Part shown: positions 6,331 to 11,065 of the stretch, piece after piece
Position numbering within the stretch: position 1 is the first letter of the stretch
Layout: each line of letters opens with the position of its first letter
Source of the DNA: Sulfurimonadaceae bacterium
Lineage (GTDB): Bacteria > Campylobacterota > Campylobacteria > Campylobacterales > Sulfurimonadaceae
Assembly (NCBI GenBank): GCA_041562555.1
Contig: JBFEXS010000073.1
Coordinates: 1-11,065, forward strand
DNA: 11,065 nt
Direction of reading: 5' to 3'
Notes under the pieces: generated by a model
What the model was told of the DNA's origin: nothing
Database searches by the model: none
What the model saw: only the letters and a program-made list of their open reading frames with translations
Translations under genes and position numbers: made by a program

Positions 6331-7482
6331 ATGATAACAGCAAAGTTGATTCAACTAGACGATCTCAAAAACTTTCTTAAAATAGTTGATAATTATGTTA
6401 TTACTTCAATTACTGACGAACGGGGCATTATTACCGATGTTTCAAAAGCCTTTTGCGATATCTCCGGATTTTCTGCAGAAGAACTCATTGGCCAGCCTCA
6501 TAATATCGTACGGCATAAGGATACACCCAAATCTGTCTTTCAGGAGATGTGGGACACGATATCTTCTGGCAAGATGTGGCAAGGCGAAGTTAAAAACAAT
6601 AAAAAAGATGGTGGTTTTTACTGGGTTGTCAGCACGATTTTTCCACGATTTGATGAAGAAGGAAAAATCACCGGTTATATCTCCTTACGACAGGATATCA
6701 CCGACTCCAAACTTTTGGTCGAACGCGAACGACTCTTAAAAGCACAATCCAAGAACGCTGCTATGGGCGAAATGATCAGTATGATCGCCCATCAATGGAA
6801 ACAGCCACTTAGTTCTATCTCAGCTATAGCGGGAAATGTTATTATCAAAAAAGAGCTGGATACACTTGATCCAGATACCCTTATGTCCAACATGCAAGAC
6901 ATACAAAAACTTACGACGCATCTATCTGATACCTCCGATGCCTTTTTAAACTTTTTCAATCCACAAAGTTCTGAGGGAACTGTTTTACTGTCCAGTGTTT
7001 TAAGTTATACCATCCAACTTATCGGTCCGCTTATTCTCGAAAACAATATCAATCTTTTCTATCAGTGCATGAACCAGCTACCAAAATCATTTACCGAAAA
7101 CCAACCCTTCAATTGTTCGATTGAGAATGATGACATCCATCTTCACATCACTAAAAATGACCTGGTCCAAGTCTTATTGAACATAATCAAAAACTCCATT
7201 GATGCCTTTTTAAGCAACCATATCAAAGACCCGACTATAAACATCCGACTCGAGAATGAGAACGGCTTTATCTCACTTGTAATCGAAGACAATGCAGGAG
7301 GGATAGAAACGGATATAATGGAACAAATATTCAGTCCTTACCGAACAAGCAAAGGGGATGCGGGAACTGGTCTAGGACTGTACATGTGTAAAATGATCAT
7401 CGAAGAACATCTCAATGGAACGATTTCCGCAAACAACACGCAAAATGGGGCACAATTCATCATCAAACTTCCCCAAGCCTGA
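6331..7482 (+). CDS. Cytoplasmic PAS-domain sensor histidine kinase
   Basis: Aer/NifL-like PAS (LIGQPHNIVRH..P..F..MW.TI..G..W.GE..N..KDG..YWV), H box MIAHQWKQPL, N box NIIKNSIDA, DNAGG, GTGLGLY. No TM segment. Confidence 0.92.
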   Translation: MITAKLIQLDDLKNFLKIVDNYVITSITDERGIITDVSKAFCDISGFSAEELIGQPHNIVRHKDTPKSVFQEMWDTISSGKMWQGEVKNNKKDGGFYWVVSTIFPRFDEEGKITGYISLRQDITDSKLLVERERLLKAQSKNAAMGEMISMIAHQWKQPLSSISAIAGNVIIKKELDTLDPDTLMSNMQDIQKLTTHLSDTSDAFLNFFNPQSSEGTVLLSSVLSYTIQLIGPLILENNINLFYQCMNQLPKSFTENQPFNCSIENDDIHLHITKNDLVQVLLNIIKNSIDAFLSNHIKDPTINIRLENENGFISLVIEDNAGGIETDIMEQIFSPYRTSKGDAGTGLGLYMCKMIIEEHLNGTISANNTQNGAQFIIKLPQA

Positions 7483-7523
7483 GTTTAATGACAGAGCCCC
7501 TAATACAATAAGTATCTACAAGA

Positions 7524-8618
7524 CTAAAATGTATCGATCAGTTCTCTGAAGACCTCATAGAGTTTTTGTACCTCTTCTTTCGAGGTACGCTCATTCGGCG
7601 CATGGATCGTGTCATTCTTCACTCCGAACTCTACGACATCGACACCGCAGGGTGCAATGAAACGGGCATCGGACGTACCACCGGCAGTAGAGTGTTTTGG
7701 TTTGATCCCCGTCACCTTCTCAATCGCTGCATCCAGACTGCGAACGATATGGGTGTCAGCATCAGTGACAAAGGGATACGCCGACTGATCAAGAGTTAAG
7801 GTATAGTTCATCTCACTGAAGTATTTATGCACAAAGTCCTCAATGTCTTCTTTCGTCGTCTTTGTCGAGTTTCGGACATTAAACATCATCTTGAGTTTGC
7901 CCGGTGTCACATTGGTCACTTCCATACCTGCGCGGATATCCGTTACCACGAACTGTGAAGGGGAAAAATATTCGTCTCCCTCATCCAGATCTACGCCTGC
8001 CATATGGTGCAGTACCTTCGCGACCTTGTGAATAGGGTTTGTCGCCTTTTCCGGATAAGCTGCGTGTCCCTGCTTTCCGATCTTTTCGATCACTCCATTG
8101 ATCGAACCGCGACGCCCTATTTTCATCGCATCACCGAAAACTTTCTCACAAGTCGGCTCTGCTACGATACAGGCATCAGGCATCAAATTCTTCTCTTTTA
8201 ATACTTCAAGAACTTTGACCGTACCGTTTTTAGCCGGTCCCTCTTCATCTGAAGTCAACAGCATAGAGAGCGTTCCCTTGAACTCCTTCGTATCATGTAC
8301 TGCCTGAATGAAAGCGGACAGACCCGATTTCATGTCCTGTGCACCGCGGCCATAGATATATCCGTCTTTTTCTATTGCGGTGTATGGGTCGGTATCCCAA
8401 CCCTCACCCGCCGGTACTACGTCGACATGCCCGGCGAAGCATAGATGTTCACCCTCACCGAACTTTTTATAAATAAAAAGGTTTTTCACCTCTTCTCTAT
8501 CAATAACGATAGAGGTATATTCCGGAAGATATTCACTGATCCACGCCAGCGCACCTGCATCATCAGGTGTCTCGCTCTTACGCTCGAGCATTGATTTAAA
8601 CAGTTCGATAACGTCCAA
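7524..8618 (-). CDS. dapE: Succinyl-diaminopimelate desuccinylase
   Basis: FAGHVDVVP, YGRGAQDMKS, TSDEEG, AEPT, GRRGS, QGHAAYP, GGTSDARF and TIHAPNE are M20 DapE motifs. TTG start with SD AAAGGGG inside the end of the upstream gene. Confidence 0.95.
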   Translation of the reverse strand: MDVIELFKSMLERKSETPDDAGALAWISEYLPEYTSIVIDREEVKNLFIYKKFGEGEHLCFAGHVDVVPAGEGWDTDPYTAIEKDGYIYGRGAQDMKSGLSAFIQAVHDTKEFKGTLSMLLTSDEEGPAKNGTVKVLEVLKEKNLMPDACIVAEPTCEKVFGDAMKIGRRGSINGVIEKIGKQGHAAYPEKATNPIHKVAKVLHHMAGVDLDEGDEYFSPSQFVVTDIRAGMEVTNVTPGKLKMMFNVRNSTKTTKEDIEDFVHKYFSEMNYTLTLDQSAYPFVTDADTHIVRSLDAAIEKVTGIKPKHSTAGGTSDARFIAPCGVDVVEFGVKNDTIHAPNERTSKEEVQKLYEVFRELIDTF

Positions 8619-8620
8619 GC

Positions 8621-8965
8621 CTACCCCTTTGTGTTTTCATAGAAGACATATGAAGTAGAATAGTCCGATATCTCAAAATAGACTTTTTTCTCTCCATCAT
8701 CGACTTTTAGATTGAAATTCTCATCCATCACCCCATATCCGAAACGATAAGGGCGTGCTTCATTGGTCTGTGTAGCGATAGCTGTACTCAGCTTATCGAC
8801 CTTGATAAAACGTTTGACCAGTTTCTCACCGGCATAGACATCTAAAACCCCATTGGTCCCCGTCCAGTTCTGGATTGAACGACCAAACTTGTTTTGCGTC
8901 TCTTGGGTACATCCCGTAAACAGTACAAAAGCGGTTACTGATAACAATAGTATTTTTTTCATCAT
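8621..8965 (-). CDS. Hypothetical lipoprotein
   Basis: MMKKILLLSVTAFVLFTG-C lipobox. Stop is 2 nt before the dapE start. Start is 8965 or 8962 rather than 8977, given the -10 at 8995-9000. Confidence 0.75.
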   Translation of the reverse strand: MMKKILLLSVTAFVLFTGCTQETQNKFGRSIQNWTGTNGVLDVYAGEKLVKRFIKVDKLSTAIATQTNEARPYRFGYGVMDENFNLKVDDGEKKVYFEISDYSTSYVFYENTKG

Positions 8966-8994
8966 GGCTTCTTTCATCTTATTTTATAAACCTA

Positions 8995-9000
8995 ATTATA
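8995..9000 (-). promoter_or_regulatory. -10 box (TATAAT) for the lipoprotein-dapE operon
   Basis: attata on the + strand, 30 nt upstream of ATG 8965. Confidence 0.55.
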
Positions 9001-9126
9001 ACGAGTCTTACTTGCAGCTGGATACTTCATAGAGACTAAAAGTTTTAATATATAATTTTTTTTAATATAATTATGATAGACACTACATCATAATGTTTCA
9101 TACATCATCTAACCAAAAGGACAATA

Positions 9127-9591
9127 ATGAAGATATTGTTATCTGTACTATTCATGCTTGCGATCTCCTTACAGGCATCCCCTCTACACATCGACGGAGT
9201 CAAGAAGATGCTTGATGAAGCGAGCAAGGTCGTCGAACATGTCTCGCCCAAAGAACTTAAACGCATGCTTGATAAAGAAGAAGACTTTTACCTGATAGAT
9301 CTCAGGGGGTCCGATCAGGTGGAACGGGGAGAGATCTACTGGATAGACAGCTTCAAAATCCCGAGGGGTTATCTGGAGTTTAGAGTGGAACTGAAGATCC
9401 CCGATAAAAATGCAAGGGTCATTCTCTACTGCTGCAGTGGCAAACGCAGTATCCTTGCAGCAAAGAGTATGATGGACATGGGATATACCAATGTAGCTCA
9501 TCTGGAGGGAGGAATCCGCGCCTGGGTCGAGCAGGACTACCTTCTTGACACCACCTATGGAGAGATGCAAAAATATCAAACAGAAGAATAA
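9127..9591 (+). CDS. Exported single-domain rhodanese-like sulfurtransferase
   Basis: Signal peptide (…ISLQA-SP), LIDLR, IPRGYLEF, active-site loop YCCSGKRS, GYTNVAHLEGGIRAW. SD AAAAGGA at 9115-9121. Confidence 0.88.
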   Translation: MKILLSVLFMLAISLQASPLHIDGVKKMLDEASKVVEHVSPKELKRMLDKEEDFYLIDLRGSDQVERGEIYWIDSFKIPRGYLEFRVELKIPDKNARVILYCCSGKRSILAAKSMMDMGYTNVAHLEGGIRAWVEQDYLLDTTYGEMQKYQTEE

Positions 9592-9594
9592 AGT

Positions 9595-10749
9595 CTAAAC
9601 TCTAGACTTTTCTTCCTCCATACTCAATTCCATTGGGAATGTTATTGTAAACCGTGCACCTTTATACTGTTTGTTGTGATACTCAAACGTGCAGTTTTCA
9701 ACATCCAGTTCCCCCCGTAAATGTACTATCACAAATTTGCGTGCCATATACAGTCCCAGTCCCGTTCCTTTATCATCAGACTTTGTAGTAAAATATGCAT
9801 TAAAGATATCGCTGATATTTTCCTCTTTAATACCTCCTGCCGTATCCTTGACAATAATCGTACACTGTCCATCTTCCTCTTTAACCTCTATGAATATGTA
9901 TCTGTCTTCGACAGCCTGTTTGTGAAAAGCATCACAAGCATTGGTAATAAGGTTCATCAACACATGCAAAAGCTTATTTTGATATCCCCGAAGAATTAAT
10001 CCCGTCTCGGGGATGAGCAGTGCTACTTTGTCATCGTGCAGTTTATCTCCGATCAATGAATTGATCCTTTCAAAAACTGTCTGCAGCTTAAACCTTTGTA
10101 TCGTATCTCTGGGTTTCAAATAGTCTCTGAAGTCATTGATCGTCTGACTGAGGTACTGCACTCTCTCGGCAGCATTATCCATAAAGTCCAGCATGTCTTT
10201 TTCATCCAGTTGCCCCAGTTCATGTTGAACCTGCAAATGGCTGATCTCAGCACTGATAGCGCTCAGGGGCTGTCTCCATTGATGCGTGATCAAGCCGATG
10301 ACCTCTCCAATAGCAGCATATTTATTCTGGTGTTCAAGGTTTTTCGTGAGAATCCCTAACTCTCTGTTCTCTTCAAGTCTTTTTGCTATGTTGTTCAAAG
10401 GGATTGTGAGTTCATCCTGAGATTGGATCGGTTTGTTGATATAACTGTCGACCCCTATCTTGATAGCTTTTTTCAAGTCGTCTATATTATTGAATGCCGT
10501 CAGTAATACCACCGGTTGCTTCGGGAAATGCTCTTTAATATGCTCACTCATCTGAAGCCCGTCAAGTTTTGGCATGTATATATCACTCAAAACGATGTCA
10601 GGCTTATACTGTTCATACATCCTTAACCCTTCTTCCCCGTCATGGGCAATATACAAATCCCCCACCTCATCCTCAATGAGCTCTTTCATAAGCTCTGTTA
10701 TCTCTCGCTCATCCTCTACGTACAAGACAGATAAGTTCTTTAATGACAT
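9595..10749 (-). CDS. Hybrid response-regulator receiver / histidine kinase (REC-HisKA-HATPase)
   Basis: REC: LYVEDE, LSDIYMP, LTAF, INKP. H box ITHQWRQPL, NLITNACDA, DTAGG, FTTK, GTGLGLY. Start reassigned to ATG 10749 (SD GAGGAG 10755-10760, upstream stop at 10751-10753). Confidence 0.92.
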   Translation of the reverse strand: MSLKNLSVLYVEDEREITELMKELIEDEVGDLYIAHDGEEGLRMYEQYKPDIVLSDIYMPKLDGLQMSEHIKEHFPKQPVVLLTAFNNIDDLKKAIKIGVDSYINKPIQSQDELTIPLNNIAKRLEENRELGILTKNLEHQNKYAAIGEVIGLITHQWRQPLSAISAEISHLQVQHELGQLDEKDMLDFMDNAAERVQYLSQTINDFRDYLKPRDTIQRFKLQTVFERINSLIGDKLHDDKVALLIPETGLILRGYQNKLLHVLMNLITNACDAFHKQAVEDRYIFIEVKEEDGQCTIIVKDTAGGIKEENISDIFNAYFTTKSDDKGTGLGLYMARKFVIVHLRGELDVENCTFEYHNKQYKGARFTITFPMELSMEEEKSRV

Positions 10750-10750
10750 T

Positions 10751-11065
10751 TTATCTCCTCCTTGGCAATGAAATCGTGATTTCTGCCCCAACATCTGTAT
10801 TTTTAGCTTCTATATCTCCCTGCAGAGACTCCTCTATGATCATCTTGCTCATGTACAGGCCTATACCCGTACCTTTGTCTTTGAACTTCGTTGTAAAATA
10901 CGGTTCAAAGATATGCGAAATGACATCCTCTTCAAATCCCCCGCCATTATCACTGAACACGATTGTCCAATTACTTCTGGAAGCCTCCAGGGTAATATGT
11001 ATATGCCCTTTTTGAACCTTATTCTCTACAATAGCATCAATACTGTTTTTAATCAAGTTAAAAAA
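10751..11065 (-). CDS. Sensor histidine kinase, C-terminal HATPase domain (partial; runs off the right edge)
   Basis: Frame is open to the window edge: [33 protein letters not shown]. Confidence 0.9.
   Translation of the reverse strand, partial: FFNLIKNSIDAIVENKVQKGHIHITLEASRSNWTIVFSDNGGGFEEDVISHIFEPYFTTKFKDKGTGIGLYMSKMIIEESLQGDIEAKNTDVGAEITISLPRRR

Noticed and set aside
9043..9075. AT-rich imperfect direct repeat (ttttaata-tataatt / ttttaa-tataatt) upstream of the rhodanese
   Set aside because: Low-complexity promoter DNA with several TATAAT-like boxes. It cannot be distinguished from chance and no single promoter can be assigned.
203..11015. Numerous antisense or alternate-frame ORFs in the track (e.g. 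203-454, 2799-3119, 3733-4068, 5196-5504, 5701-6111, 6386-6739, 9184-9579, 10743-11015)
   Set aside because: They largely or wholly overlap well-supported genes and have no recognisable motifs, so they are treated as shadow ORFs.

Overview
Chromosomal window from what looks like a Campylobacterota (epsilonproteobacterial, Sulfurovum/Sulfurimonas-like) genome. This assignment is inferred from the TATAAT-type promoters, HQW[RK]QPL-type histidine kinases and protein style. Housekeeping genes (rplU-rpmA, ridA, dapE) are interspersed with signalling and redox genes: a membrane HD-GYP protein with a periplasmic c-heme (CxxCH) sensor coupled to a DUF1566 protein, an exported thioredoxin-fold protein, an RsbW-like ATPase/GNAT fusion, a DUF2135/YfaP-like secreted protein, a PAS histidine kinase, a lipoprotein, an exported rhodanese, and a kinase plus REC-kinase pair. 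No mobile elements, CRISPR arrays, tRNA or rRNA were seen. The most notable feature is an unannotated, roughly 270-nt, highly structured RNA on the minus strand between a clear sigma70 promoter and rplU. It has nested long-range helices including a 20-bp stem, at least 10 G-U pairs that fix the strand, and UUCG/GAAA loops. It is a candidate novel ribosomal-protein leader or processed ncRNA. All folding was done by eye.
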